Positions 1 through 10,392 are shown, numbered from the stretch's first letter. The stretch is DNA of 64,000 bases from an uncultured virus (IMG/VR IMGVR_UViG_3300032676_000720) (IMGVR_UViG_3300032676_000720), one strand, 5' to 3'. Numbers and translations are program-made. The notes: a model not told the origin generated them from the sequence alone.

Positions 1-777
1 ATTCTTCAAAATTTTGCCTATCATTAGTTGGGCGCCTTCTGTTAGTATTATTTGAAGTTTTGGATGTCGGTCGAATATATTGTCAGATAATAAATCATAA
101 ACGCCCATCTCTAATCGACCTACAGGTTTATTATTTGCAATAAGTTTAATGCGTTCTGGTAAAGAATATGCTATATCGTGCTGCATTGAAAAATGCGTGA
201 ATATAACAATATCATTCTTTTCACACATATCGTAAAATTCCTCCATACGGTCAATAGCTGACCACGGGACATCTCCTTTTGTAGTAGGATCGTACACAGT
301 ATAATGTAAGTATGCTACTTTAAAATTATTATCAATAGCCCACTGTAATTCTAACAATGCCATATCCATATCTTGAAATGGCAGTAATGCGACCCCAAAG
401 AATCTGTCTGGATATTGATCTACGATATTTTTAACTACTATATTATAGCTATGGGCCATGGCAGCTCCAAGATTTTTTTCGGTTGAATAGTTAAACCTCA
501 TAGCTCGCTCCTGCGGAGCAAGCAATTGCATATCAACTTTCATCTTTGCTAAATCTTTAAATCTTTCGACTATGTTAGTAAGCCCGTATAAATCGCAATG
601 AAGTGTATCTGGTTTGCTGTCGGTTTTGTTTATAATTGGATCTTTAGCATATTGTATATCAAACAATCTACCATCTTGATCAAAAAATAGCTTAGGTAAA
701 TCTTGTTTAAGGTTGTCTGGTACAAAGTCAAATATTTCTGGGGGAATAATATGACTGTCACAATCGATTATTTTCAT
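1..777 (-). CDS. Amidohydrolase_2 family protein (runs off the window edge; not in ORF track)
   Basis: Manual translation MKIIDCDSHIIPPE... with DxDxH metal motif, then YPDRFFGVALLP and FDRHPKLQIILTEG; open to position 1. Confidence 0.8.
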   Translation of the reverse strand, partial: MKIIDCDSHIIPPEIFDFVPDNLKQDLPKLFFDQDGRLFDIQYAKDPIINKTDSKPDTLHCDLYGLTNIVERFKDLAKMKVDMQLLAPQERAMRFNYSTEKNLGAAMAHSYNIVVKNIVDQYPDRFFGVALLPFQDMDMALLELQWAIDNNFKVAYLHYTVYDPTTKGDVPWSAIDRMEEFYDMCEKNDIVIFTHFSMQHDIAYSLPERIKLIANNKPVGRLEMGVYDLLSDNIFDRHPKLQIILTEGAQLMIGKILKN

Positions 778-785
778 AATAGTAT

Positions 786-1706
786 TTACTTCGATACATC
801 CAAGATTTTGACCCATTTATTGTAAGTAGGCTCTACTTCTCTTTCTATATAATCATTTTTTGGATTCATATCGATATTATAATCTTGTTCTTTATAAAAG
901 TTAACTCTATTAGCTTTCATAAAACCGACAGTTATACTTCGAACAAGCAAATCTATGTCTTTAGTATCACGACTTACAGTTATTCCAAAATAATTAACTA
1001 ATGTAGGAACTGGAGCATACTTAGTAATACTAGGAACTCCGTTGATTCCGGTAGGTTGTGCTACACCTAAAATGCGTACTTGTGACCCTCGCAGATTTAA
1101 CGATCCATACGCATCTGAAACCATATCTACTTGTCCGCTCAGCAGAGCCATAAGCTCTTCGTTGCCGCCTTTGTATCTAATTGCCTGAATGTCGTGATGA
1201 CTATATTTGGCAATTTGTTTAACTAACATTTCGTGGGATTCTCCACCAACAGCAATGTTAATACTTTGTCTTGGAATTTTTTTATCAAACAAATCGCCGA
1301 TTGATTTAAATTTACTGTCTGGTCTTACTGCGATAGCTAGTGGACTAGTTATTACTGGGCCAATAACCTTTAATCGATCAATAAAGTTATTTTCAGGATG
1401 TACAAGTGCTTCAAATAAAACTTGGCCACCCGATGTACCTAATATTGATTTGTTTGTTTGAGGTTTTTCAAAATAAGTTTTTAATGCGATAGAACCATTT
1501 GCTCCAGGTCGTTCTAATACAATAAATTTTAAACGCCCAGCAGTATCAGCATCACTAACAAAAGTTCTAATGATAGTATTGGCGCCTCCAGCACCATATC
1601 CTACTGTAACCACAACATCGTCTGACTCTGTAGTCCAAGGCATAGTATATGTGCCGGCCCATACCAAATTGCTAGTTAACAGTAATAATAAAAGTAGTTT
1701 TTTCAT
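786..1706 (-). CDS. Bug/TctC-like tripartite tricarboxylate transporter substrate-binding protein
   Basis: Signal peptide; VGYGAGG and YKGGNEELMALLSGQVD motifs. Confidence 0.75.
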   Translation of the reverse strand: MKKLLLLLLLTSNLVWAGTYTMPWTTESDDVVVTVGYGAGGANTIIRTFVSDADTAGRLKFIVLERPGANGSIALKTYFEKPQTNKSILGTSGGQVLFEALVHPENNFIDRLKVIGPVITSPLAIAVRPDSKFKSIGDLFDKKIPRQSINIAVGGESHEMLVKQIAKYSHHDIQAIRYKGGNEELMALLSGQVDMVSDAYGSLNLRGSQVRILGVAQPTGINGVPSITKYAPVPTLVNYFGITVSRDTKDIDLLVRSITVGFMKANRVNFYKEQDYNIDMNPKNDYIEREVEPTYNKWVKILDVSK

Positions 1707-1740
1707 AATCTAATACTTATCTTGTTATTTGCGTTGCCAT

Positions 1741-1766
1741 AAAAAAAGCACTCCGAAGAGTGCTTT
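1741..1766 (-). terminator. Intrinsic terminator
   Basis: AAAGCACTC-TTCG-GAGTGCTTT followed by T-run on the minus strand. Confidence 0.85.
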
Positions 1767-1784
1767 GATTTTATTACTATTTAA

Positions 1785-2741
1785 TTAAGCATTTTTAATG
1801 CGGTTAACCAAATCATCAGAGAAGTATGTAGTATACTTGTCATAGATTGGAGCCATCATGGCTTTGAACTTAGCAACTTCTGCTTCATCCCATTTAACAA
1901 CATTAACACCGTTAGCACGGCACTCTGCTTCAACACGAATAGCGTCTTCAACACTTTCGACACGCTCAATCTTAGCACTAGCTACACCAGCTGCTTTCAT
2001 AGCGGCTTGCTGTTCTTCTGTTAATGTATTCCAAAACTCACGATTAACGATGATACTAGTACAAGCAACATTATGCTCCATATCATTGATGAATGGTAAT
2101 GCTTTGTCATTGTTTAAAGGATAGTAACGTGTGTAAGTACACTCGCCAGCTTCTACTTCACCGGACAATGTGCGTTCTGTTAATTCTTCAACTGGGAAGA
2201 ATGTAGTTTCAGCACCTAACGCATCAAATGTGTCTTTGATAACTGGCCCACTACTAACACGGAACTTAACGCCTTTAAAATCTTCTACACTAGCAATAGA
2301 CTTAGTAGCAGGAATAGTTCTATAACCACCAGAGTAAGTAAATGCTAATGCTTTGATCTTTTCGCCGCCTTCTGATTCTAATTTACCTAAAAGTTCTTCA
2401 CCGATAGCACCGTCAAATACACGAGCTGCATGATCATGATCTTTAAACAAGAAAGGCATATCGATAACATTTAATGTACGGGAATAGCGATCAGCTAACC
2501 ATGTTGTGTATAATTGACTTACTTGGATCTTACCAGCTTCCATTAAATCTAATACATCTTTTTTGCCGACTGGGACACCGTTGTTGTATTTTTCGCTGTA
2601 TTCACTATCAGTTAATACTTCGATTTCGATCTGTCCTGGAACACGCTCTTCTAGCGCATCCTTGAAAAATTTAGCAGCACGGATAAACAAATATGCTGGA
2701 TCGTGAGCAATAACCCACACAATTTTTTTACTTTGACTCAT
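1785..2741 (-). CDS. TRAP transporter DctP-like solute-binding protein, no signal peptide
   Basis: DMPFLFKDHDHA, GYR...SVEDFKGVKFRV motifs. Confidence 0.85.
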   Translation of the reverse strand: MSQSKKIVWVIAHDPAYLFIRAAKFFKDALEERVPGQIEIEVLTDSEYSEKYNNGVPVGKKDVLDLMEAGKIQVSQLYTTWLADRYSRTLNVIDMPFLFKDHDHAARVFDGAIGEELLGKLESEGGEKIKALAFTYSGGYRTIPATKSIASVEDFKGVKFRVSSGPVIKDTFDALGAETTFFPVEELTERTLSGEVEAGECTYTRYYPLNNDKALPFINDMEHNVACTSIIVNREFWNTLTEEQQAAMKAAGVASAKIERVESVEDAIRVEAECRANGVNVVKWDEAEVAKFKAMMAPIYDKYTTYFSDDLVNRIKNA

Positions 2742-2773
2742 TTTTATCTCCTTTAGATAATGTACAGTTTTAT

Positions 2774-3949
2774 TTATTCGATTTTTCCGATAACATATCG
2801 ATTGCTATATAAACGAAAACCAGTGCCCTTTGGACGCAGATATTTGTGTTTAATATTCCTAAAAAAGTGGGTAAAATCACTAACAATAAGCTGATGCAAT
2901 CGTGTTTCGCGATGATTTTTGTAAAACCAATAGTCATGACTAGCCATGAATACTTCTTTAGCTTTTTTAGCTTGGAAACTAGAAGTCATATCAATATCAG
3001 GGTATATAATAGGCACTATAGCCCGTTCGTAAGTCCCATTCCTGCTAGCAATAAATTCTTTCTTTTCAGGCGACCATAAAGTTTCGTAATTTTCAACATA
3101 TCTGTGTTTACTCCAGTCAAATATGTAATCTTTTATATACTGGTATTGTGGTAACTTAATCATTTTAATTATTTCGTGCGACTGTTTTATTACTATCTCG
3201 GGCAATCTTGGAGTTGAATAAAACAACACAATATCAACATTATCGTAAAATTGATCAAATGGTTGTCGGGGAACATTGATACTAGCATCGTTAAATTCGG
3301 TATAAATTGTATCATTTTCAAAAGATAACTTTGGCTTTTCTATTCCGTAAACAACGGCTATTCGTTTGCCTTGATCAGCTAATGCTTTAAGATGTGTTAG
3401 TTGATCTAGCCGATATCTGGCAACAGTAGTAGGATGAATATGATCCGAAGATTGATAAAGCCATTCGTCGGTTTTATAGTCCAACATAGTTTTAAAAAAG
3501 TCATTAATAGAAATTTTTATATCAGGATGCGACATAGATACTTCGTGTAAATATGGCATAGTAGTTAACAGCCATTCACTTGCGTTATTGCTAGCCGCAG
3601 TATCAGTTGATGCTTTAAAATCTCGTAAGCCAGTTAACGGTACTCCGGCAACTACTTCGTCTACACGAATATTATTGTTTAAAAAACTGTGAAGTACGTT
3701 AGTGCTATCAGCACCTCCGCTAAACATAACTACAACATAATCATATTCATCTCTGATTTGACGTGCTCTAATTTTGTAAAGCTCGGTTAATGATAAAGTT
3801 GGCTCAATAGTCCAATTAGTTTGGTTGAACTTGTCTATATGAAAGTCCCAAGTAATATCAGCTTCAGTTTTGCCTGCTTCTAAAATAGCTTCAATTTTAT
3901 CTAGATATACTTTATTGTCAACAATATACTTGCCTAAATATTCCTTCAT
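2774..3949 (-). CDS. PP-loop (adenine nucleotide alpha-hydrolase) ATPase-like protein
   Basis: VVMFSGGADS PP-loop; paralog of the adjacent ORF. Confidence 0.65.
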   Translation of the reverse strand: MKEYLGKYIVDNKVYLDKIEAILEAGKTEADITWDFHIDKFNQTNWTIEPTLSLTELYKIRARQIRDEYDYVVVMFSGGADSTNVLHSFLNNNIRVDEVVAGVPLTGLRDFKASTDTAASNNASEWLLTTMPYLHEVSMSHPDIKISINDFFKTMLDYKTDEWLYQSSDHIHPTTVARYRLDQLTHLKALADQGKRIAVVYGIEKPKLSFENDTIYTEFNDASINVPRQPFDQFYDNVDIVLFYSTPRLPEIVIKQSHEIIKMIKLPQYQYIKDYIFDWSKHRYVENYETLWSPEKKEFIASRNGTYERAIVPIIYPDIDMTSSFQAKKAKEVFMASHDYWFYKNHRETRLHQLIVSDFTHFFRNIKHKYLRPKGTGFRLYSNRYVIGKIE

Positions 3950-5157
3950 TGTATATTTTCCAAAAATTGTTTGTAGTGGCCAATCTTATAGCGTTGTGTG
4001 TATAATTTAAAACCAGTTTGTTGTGGTGACAAGTACATAGGGTTTATATTTTTATAAAATAATTTAAAATCACTTTCTAATAGTTGTGAAGTCCGTGTGT
4101 CTTTGTGTAATTGGTCAAACCAACTACTTTGAGGCGGCAAAAAAGCTACTGTAGATTTTTGACACTGAAACACCGGAGTAACTGTTGACGGATATATAGC
4201 AGGAACAATACCGCGTTGATAATCTCCTTTTATATTAACAACAGCACTATCGTTTGGATCCTTACTTTTCCAAAAGCCAGGATTGCCCATATTTCGTACA
4301 GCGTCTACTAACCAACGATTTTCTTTTTTGTGAATATACTTAGCAGTTACATGACTCTGCTTAACTAAAACTTCGGGCATTTCTGGACCCCAGTAAAACA
4401 AGATACGATTAACATTAGGATAAAGAATGTCAAAAGGTAACACAACATTATTAACTCCTAAATCAGTAATCATAGTATAAACATTACCGTGTTCATCATA
4501 TCGCAACAACGGTTTATCGCAACCCCACACTATGCCTATGCGTTTGCCTGCTTCGGCCATGTCTTTAAGATACTTAAATTTGTTCAAGTCACCCTTGCCA
4601 GTTACTGAGGGTGTAATCCAGTCGGGGCATTTATAAAGCCAATCATCAGTTTTACTATTAATAATATCTTCGAAAAAATCATTAATAGTAACTTTGACTT
4701 TTGGAAAGTTTACAGAAATTTCATGTAGCAATGGAAACAATGCGTATTTTGTTTCGCTCATTGTATTGCTAGCAGAAGTATCTTTATCGTTCCAATCCCA
4801 GTTACTTAATCCGGACATAGGAGCTGATCCAATTACTTCGTCTACATGGATACCATTATTTAAAAAACTTTTAATTACATTGGTACTATCAGCGCCGCCG
4901 CTACACATAACGATTACATAATCGTATGAATCTCTAATTTGTTGGGCTCTTAGGCGATAAAGTTCGTCTAAGGATAACGCTGGCTCGGTAAGCCAGTCTA
5001 TTTGATTGAATACATCTCTATGAAAATTCCATCTAATTTCAGTAAGCGTTTTTTGTGCTTCTAAAACAGCTTCAATTTTGCTTATAAAAACTTTATTATT
5101 AACGCTGTAATGCCCAGCTTCCCAATAAGAAGCTGGAAAATTTTCGTAAAGATTCAT
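3946..5157 (-). CDS. PP-loop ATPase-like protein, tandem paralog
   Basis: IVMCSGGADS; shares LYxxRAxQIRDxYDY with 2774-3949. Confidence 0.65.
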   Translation of the reverse strand: MNLYENFPASYWEAGHYSVNNKVFISKIEAVLEAQKTLTEIRWNFHRDVFNQIDWLTEPALSLDELYRLRAQQIRDSYDYVIVMCSGGADSTNVIKSFLNNGIHVDEVIGSAPMSGLSNWDWNDKDTSASNTMSETKYALFPLLHEISVNFPKVKVTINDFFEDIINSKTDDWLYKCPDWITPSVTGKGDLNKFKYLKDMAEAGKRIGIVWGCDKPLLRYDEHGNVYTMITDLGVNNVVLPFDILYPNVNRILFYWGPEMPEVLVKQSHVTAKYIHKKENRWLVDAVRNMGNPGFWKSKDPNDSAVVNIKGDYQRGIVPAIYPSTVTPVFQCQKSTVAFLPPQSSWFDQLHKDTRTSQLLESDFKLFYKNINPMYLSPQQTGFKLYTQRYKIGHYKQFLENIQ

Positions 5158-5161
5158 CTAA

Positions 5162-5467
5162 TTAGGAAACGGTCTCGTTGCTAAGAGTTGTTAAACCAAT
5201 CGAAGCATTATACGCAGATCTTTCGGTAGCAAGTGGTCTTGTTAATCTAGCAGAATGCCAAGCTGCGTAATTTTCTACAGTATCAAATACTACTGTATAA
5301 ACTTTAGTATTTTCGTCTGTGTTTTCGTAGTGTTGACTAACAAATCCTGGTTGCTGTGAAGTCCAAACATCATGAGCAGTTGCTTTAGCTTTGTTGTCGG
5401 CGCTTACATCGCCATAAAAAGTTGTACCAGCTGGTTTTCTTGAATAAATCGTAAGGGTAATTGCCAT
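5162..5467 (-). CDS. Small protein, possible dimeric alpha-beta barrel (ABM-like)
   Basis: SD GGAG upstream; QPGFVS...YTVVFDTVENY pattern. Confidence 0.4.
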   Translation of the reverse strand: MAITLTIYSRKPAGTTFYGDVSADNKAKATAHDVWTSQQPGFVSQHYENTDENTKVYTVVFDTVENYAAWHSARLTRPLATERSAYNASIGLTTLSNETVS

Positions 5468-7111
5468 TTAAATATCTCCTAATAGTATATTATTTAGTGA
5501 TAATACTTTAGCAAACTCTGATTCTAACCAATTAAAATCATTGATTAACCCTAATGCTTCTAAGTCACCACTATTTGTTTTGCCATAATTGTAACCAGCA
5601 ATAGCACCTTTAATAGCCCATTCTCCGTAAGGTTTGTATTTGCCCTCTGAACACCAAACTTTAAGTCGTTTTTGACTTTCCCGGGATAGTTGTCGTTTCA
5701 TAATGCCCCCACTTAGTTTAGCACATTCTCTGAACGCACTACGCCAAGTATTAAATTCACTGGTATTAAACGCAGTAACATTACTAATTCTATCCATAAT
5801 TTTAAATTTTTTGCTAATACTAGTAGTCATATCAGTATTAGATGGATCTGCTAATAACATTAATTCTTTAGGGATTAATTTAACTCCGCCATAGCCGTAT
5901 TCTAGATTATTGACAGGATTTATACTACGCCAAACATGAACACAGTCACGATCAAACAAATTAGGTTGGAATGTAAAATCCCATTCTTCCATTAACCAAG
6001 CATCACCGTCTACAACATAAAACATATCGGTAGTTACTAATTCGGCGGCACACTTGTGAGCGTTAACAATTCCGTTAACTCCATCTACACGAAATGCTTG
6101 CGGAACTTTTTCTAAAACACGTTGCCAATTATCTTCAGCATTGGGTTCGTTATAACTTATAAACACAACATCTAATTGCTCAGGCAAATCAACTTTAATT
6201 TTTCCTACTACTTTAACACCTTTTGATTCGTGCGGGATAATTTTAGCAGCCCAAATTTCCTCGTAACTGTTAACTAATGTATCGTCGACAAGCCAGATAT
6301 GTTCATAATTTAAATCATAGTAAGGAATTTTATCTTCTATTGTGTAATTTAATTCAGGCAATGCTGGGTTATAAACTATCTTAGGTTTAACATATCCCAT
6401 ATCTTTTACAGGCTTAACACCACCGCCTCGAACTTTTAATTTAATGGCCCATACTCTATCGAGCGTAGGATTAAACTGATTATCTAAGTACCATACACAT
6501 TCGTACTTTAAATCATACCATTGCATCTTATAATCAAAGTTATAATCTATTTTGGGAATATCGCGGTTATAAATAGTTCTAATTAACACATCGAGTGTCA
6601 GATAGCCCATATCCTTTGTACCCGATACTCCAAAGTCCGTTGCTTGAGCTTTTAATGCCCATACTTTATCGGGGGTGGGATTAAACTCAGGATCGATATA
6701 CCAAACTAATTGATATTTTAAGTCACTTAAATTCAATGTAGTAGAGGTTGGGTCATTAATAAACGGAATAGAACTATCTATGTCCGGATTTCTTTCCCAT
6801 GTAATATTAATGTCATCTAGTGTTATAGTATAGAATCGTTTGATAGTCTGCCAAGATTTAGTAAAGTATTTTACTATCCACTGGCCTTGGCAATTCCACA
6901 CGGTTGAATATTCATTTTGATATTTTTCCAAATCTATTTTTTCAAATAAACCCAAATGACTAAATTCTGGATTAATAACAATAAACTCATCTCGGCCTTG
7001 CCCTAGTTCGTATAAAGCATTGTTATAATCTAAGGAAATACCTTTCCATTCTACTTTTTCTACTTCTTCTTTAGGTACTATATAAACATTAATCATTTTT
7101 GTATAAGCCAA
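5468..7111 (-). CDS. Glycosyltransferase (GT-A-like C-terminal domain) with N-terminal repeats
   Basis: DVVFISYNEP, YVVDGD, YGYGGVKL; three DLxY..W..D...W(A)xK repeats. Confidence 0.7.
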   Translation of the reverse strand: MAYTKMINVYIVPKEEVEKVEWKGISLDYNNALYELGQGRDEFIVINPEFSHLGLFEKIDLEKYQNEYSTVWNCQGQWIVKYFTKSWQTIKRFYTITLDDINITWERNPDIDSSIPFINDPTSTTLNLSDLKYQLVWYIDPEFNPTPDKVWALKAQATDFGVSGTKDMGYLTLDVLIRTIYNRDIPKIDYNFDYKMQWYDLKYECVWYLDNQFNPTLDRVWAIKLKVRGGGVKPVKDMGYVKPKIVYNPALPELNYTIEDKIPYYDLNYEHIWLVDDTLVNSYEEIWAAKIIPHESKGVKVVGKIKVDLPEQLDVVFISYNEPNAEDNWQRVLEKVPQAFRVDGVNGIVNAHKCAAELVTTDMFYVVDGDAWLMEEWDFTFQPNLFDRDCVHVWRSINPVNNLEYGYGGVKLIPKELMLLADPSNTDMTTSISKKFKIMDRISNVTAFNTSEFNTWRSAFRECAKLSGGIMKRQLSRESQKRLKVWCSEGKYKPYGEWAIKGAIAGYNYGKTNSGDLEALGLINDFNWLESEFAKVLSLNNILLGDI

Positions 7112-8043
7112 TCGTAGTATTCTTGAAATCCTTCTTCTATATCTATAGTAGGATAGTAGCCAAAGTCGCTCCGTGCTCGCATAGTGTTTAATTGACCTCG
7201 AACTGGGAAGTTATTATCTCTAGATTTTACAATTACTGTGCCTTTACCTGCAATTTTAACAGCTAAATTTGCCGCATCTAACAAAGTACGTGATTGTCCG
7301 CGAGTGATATTATAAGTACCATTGAGTGTATTTTCACTTACAGCCGCCAATGCTATCCCTGTGGCCGCATCGTCGATAAAAGTAAAGTCTAAGGTATCAT
7401 CGATGCCGTTAACTATAAGTTCTCCGCCCTCGATAGCAGTAGTCAAATATTTACTGACTACTCTGTCAACTACATCATATGGTCCGTATATAGCACTAGG
7501 GCGAATAATAGTATAATCCAAATTATATTGACGACTATAATCCTGTACTAGCCATTCGCCGGCTAATTTCATTATACCATATGCGCCAATAGGCCTACAG
7601 TCGGCAGCTTCATCCATCCCATCAAAAAATTCGTGTTTACCAAAGTTTCCGTACACCATAGATGAACTTACATAAACAAACTTTTTAACTTTATGCTTAA
7701 CACTTAGGTCTAATAAGTTAAGTAGCCCTTCGCTCATCACACGACTGCCCCATGTTGGGTTACTATTAACTACTTTTTGTCTAGGAAAGCTAGCTAAGTG
7801 TATTACAACATCTACACCTTCGAATATGCTATCATCAAAAGGTTTTTCAATGCTAGCAATACAAATATCACGAGTTTTAATGCGACACATACGCTCAAGC
7901 ATTAAGTAATCTAATTCTGGTTGTGGAATAACGCCGTAAGTTGTTTTGTTATCGATAATAGCAACGTCGTGGCGGAAACTTTCGAGTACACGAACTACAT
8001 TGTGTCCTACGAAACCTAATCCACCGGTTACTAATATTTTCAT
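7093..8043 (-). CDS. NAD-dependent epimerase/dehydratase
   Basis: MKILVTGGLGFVG, SSSMVYG, YGIMK; start moved to ATG 8043. Confidence 0.9.
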   Translation of the reverse strand: MKILVTGGLGFVGHNVVRVLESFRHDVAIIDNKTTYGVIPQPELDYLMLERMCRIKTRDICIASIEKPFDDSIFEGVDVVIHLASFPRQKVVNSNPTWGSRVMSEGLLNLLDLSVKHKVKKFVYVSSSMVYGNFGKHEFFDGMDEAADCRPIGAYGIMKLAGEWLVQDYSRQYNLDYTIIRPSAIYGPYDVVDRVVSKYLTTAIEGGELIVNGIDDTLDFTFIDDAATGIALAAVSENTLNGTYNITRGQSRTLLDAANLAVKIAGKGTVIVKSRDNNFPVRGQLNTMRARSDFGYYPTIDIEEGFQEYYDWLIQK

Positions 8044-8270
8044 ACAAATAGTCCGTGAATGTAAATACCAACCATGATTAAGTTTAATATGATTAAAGAA
8101 GGCTCCTTCCATAAGAAACTTAACATAACCCATAGGCTAGCATTTAATAAACCTGAAAATTTATAGTAAGGAGCAACATCGTGTGCAGTTAACACTACAT
8201 GAGTAAGAGCAACAAAAGTAGCTAACCACTTTATATAAAAGTCTAAAGGTTTGTTTAAGAGTTTTTCCAC
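8040..8270 (-). CDS. Small membrane protein
   Basis: Three hydrophobic segments; GTG start assumed. Confidence 0.5.
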   Translation of the reverse strand: MEKLLNKPLDFYIKWLATFVALTHVVLTAHDVAPYYKFSGLLNASLWVMLSFLWKEPSLIILNLIMVGIYIHGLFV

Positions 8271-8593
8271 TTGAGTGCCCAATAAGTTTGATCTTGCTCG
8301 GATAATCGAGCAATAATGTAATAGGTCCAACCAAAATTATAAGGATTCAACGCACGGTGCCAAAAAGGTTTTTCGACAGCGTGTTCCATAACCCAACGGC
8401 CTGCTTCAGTCTCTTGCCATTCCCATATAGGTTGCGCTACATATAAATCTGGATCTTCGACATCGCCCATATTAATTTGATGAACCTTAACATCGGAAAA
8501 CATTACAGTTTTGTCGCCAATAAGTTTCCATTCAGGTTCTTTGAATAGCTTGTCAGCTTCTTCGGATCGATTTGAATATTTTATGCCAGCCAT
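8255..8593 (-). CDS. Hypothetical protein (C-terminal FxLxW-like family)
   Basis: Ends QTYWALKWKNS; TTGTAA-17-TATAAT promoter 5 nt upstream. Confidence 0.7.
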   Translation of the reverse strand: MAGIKYSNRSEEADKLFKEPEWKLIGDKTVMFSDVKVHQINMGDVEDPDLYVAQPIWEWQETEAGRWVMEHAVEKPFWHRALNPYNFGWTYYIIARLSEQDQTYWALKWKNS

Positions 8594-8616
8594 ACTATAT
8601 TATAGCATGGCTTATC

Positions 8617-8855
8617 TTACTTTACAAGGAATTCGGTAACCATTGGAAAGATTGATTCCAAGGCAGCGGCACAGGCTTGTGCTACTTCTCTATGTTCCTT
8701 TTGAGTCTCTGGGCCAGAGCGTAATTCAATATGTTGTTTTGGTTAGCAGGATTGCTAACACGAGCGCAGTAAGCAACTAGCTCTTGAGCATTTACAATGC
8801 CTTGTTCTGCTAGTTCCTTACTTGGCTGTGACGATGATACTAATGAGACTTTCAA
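8617..8855 (-). pseudogene. thyX: Flavin-dependent thymidylate synthase with large internal deletion and frameshift
   Basis: N-terminus MKVSLVSSSQP...ELVAYCARVSNPANQNN joined out of frame to C-terminus HIELRSGPETQKEHREVAQACA...; RHRSFSFQEFSQRY-type core absent. Confidence 0.8.
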
Positions 8856-9154
8856 AGTTTTCCTAATAACTTATCTGTTTCGGGCTGAACTAAGGCAGCC
8901 ACGCTTTTAATATCAACAACAAAGTCTACGTCTTTAATATCAGAGTCCATTTCAGAAAATGTTCTGGAAACTAATGACTCGATATCTTCAATTTGTAAAC
9001 CTTGTTTGATAAGTGTATGTAAGTTAATTGTGCGTTGCTTACCATCATTTAACTTAATTACAATCTTTTTAATACATTCCAGTGGTACATCTGTTTTGTT
9101 TACTTCTTTAACAATAATTTCCCACTGGTCCAATAACTCATCAATTGGATGCAT
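8852..9154 (-). CDS. Hypothetical protein
   Basis: ORF track; overlaps neighbours at start/stop. Confidence 0.7.
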   Translation of the reverse strand: MHPIDELLDQWEIIVKEVNKTDVPLECIKKIVIKLNDGKQRTINLHTLIKQGLQIEDIESLVSRTFSEMDSDIKDVDFVVDIKSVAALVQPETDKLLGKL

Positions 9155-9893
9155 CGCTCACCGCGGCTTCTGCTTTAGGTGGACGGCCACGACGCTTAGG
9201 AGCTTCGGCTTGTGGAGGAGTCCAGGTAGCTTCACCTAAATTCACACCAGGAGTCATACGCTCGGCATCTTTTTTCATACGAGCAGCTTCGGCGATCATA
9301 GAATTAGCTTCTACTTCCATGCGTTTGGCTTGTGCTAGCATATTAGCAGCGATTTGACGGTCACTTAAAACGCCATCTTGTGGGGCATTAAGATTGTTTG
9401 GCTCAACAAAGCGTGACTCTGCGGCTTGCTGTTTAGCAAGTTGTTCTTCTTTGTATTGAGCTTCGGCAGCACGTTTAACACTTGGATCAACCATACCTCG
9501 TGAGGCATCATTTTGTTCCATTTTCTTACGAGCTTCGTCGCCTTTATTCATTTCGTTAACCATTTTGTTAAGTTCATCTAAACGAATAGTTGCGCCAGTT
9601 GCCGGGGTCATAATAACATCAGCAGTACGAATCTTTTTAATCATACGCTCGTTGTGTAATGTTTCGAGAATAGGACGACCATCTGGAAGCATAGAACGAT
9701 GTAAAGCATCGGCTAACTGATTAGCTTGCTGACCTACATCGCTTTCTACTACACGCTGGATAGCATCTTGCCAAGAAGCATTAAGAATCTCGGGATAGAT
9801 GACCAAGCACATATGATCTTCTTGTGGTACTTCGCGATACAATACTAAGACTTTGCGGTCTCCATTTTTTCCTACGTGTTTAATCTGTGCCAT
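9141..9893 (-). CDS. Hypothetical protein with coiled coil and C-terminal AT-hook-like KRRGRPPK
   Basis: SD AAGGAGG before ATG 9893. Confidence 0.7.
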   Translation of the reverse strand: MAQIKHVGKNGDRKVLVLYREVPQEDHMCLVIYPEILNASWQDAIQRVVESDVGQQANQLADALHRSMLPDGRPILETLHNERMIKKIRTADVIMTPATGATIRLDELNKMVNEMNKGDEARKKMEQNDASRGMVDPSVKRAAEAQYKEEQLAKQQAAESRFVEPNNLNAPQDGVLSDRQIAANMLAQAKRMEVEANSMIAEAARMKKDAERMTPGVNLGEATWTPPQAEAPKRRGRPPKAEAAVSDASN

Positions 9894-9894
9894 G

Positions 9895-10143
9895 TTATCC
9901 TCCTTGGACGCTATCAGACGATGCTGCGGTTGTATCTTCATCAGCAGTACCGTCGGCTTCGGCAGCTTCTTGTGCTGCTTTAGCTTTTGCTACTACTGAA
10001 TTTAGAAAAGCTGTGAGCTTGTCATAGACAGCTCCAACTTGTGTTAGTTCGGCTCCCTGGAATGCTCCGCGAGATGCCGCGAGATCTAAAATGTTGCGTA
10101 CAGCATCTAGATCCGCTACTGTGATTTGATTTGTATTTTCCAT
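9895..10143 (-). CDS. Hypothetical protein
   Basis: TAAATA 5 nt before ATG 10143. Confidence 0.65.
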   Translation of the reverse strand: MENTNQITVADLDAVRNILDLAASRGAFQGAELTQVGAVYDKLTAFLNSVVAKAKAAQEAAEADGTADEDTTAASSDSVQGG

Positions 10144-10178
10144 ATAGATATTTAATAAAGATCCGCACCCACAAAAAA

Positions 10179-10205
10179 TAAAATGCCCCATTTATAGGGC
10201 ATTTT
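10179..10205. terminator. Hairpin, probable terminator
   Basis: AAATGCCC...GGGCATTT with A/T flanks. Confidence 0.6.
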
Positions 10206-10225
10206 GGTAAAACTGAGAAGTGTTT

Positions 10226-10390
10226 TTACTTGTTTAACGCTAAGTTTAACCAAATTATTCCACCACTAACTAAGGCATTGAGATAATCTCCGCGGCCAAG
10301 ACATTCAACAACATTAAGGCTTAACCAACCAATAACAAACCATGTAATTTTAGTTTGATTTACTAGATACCAAAATTTAAATTTTTCCAT
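10226..10390 (-). CDS. Small membrane protein (not in ORF track)
   Basis: MEKFKFWYLVNQTKITWFVIGW...LNLALNK. Confidence 0.55.
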   Translation of the reverse strand: MEKFKFWYLVNQTKITWFVIGWLSLNVVECLGRGDYLNALVSGGIIWLNLALNK

Positions 10391-10392
10391 AA

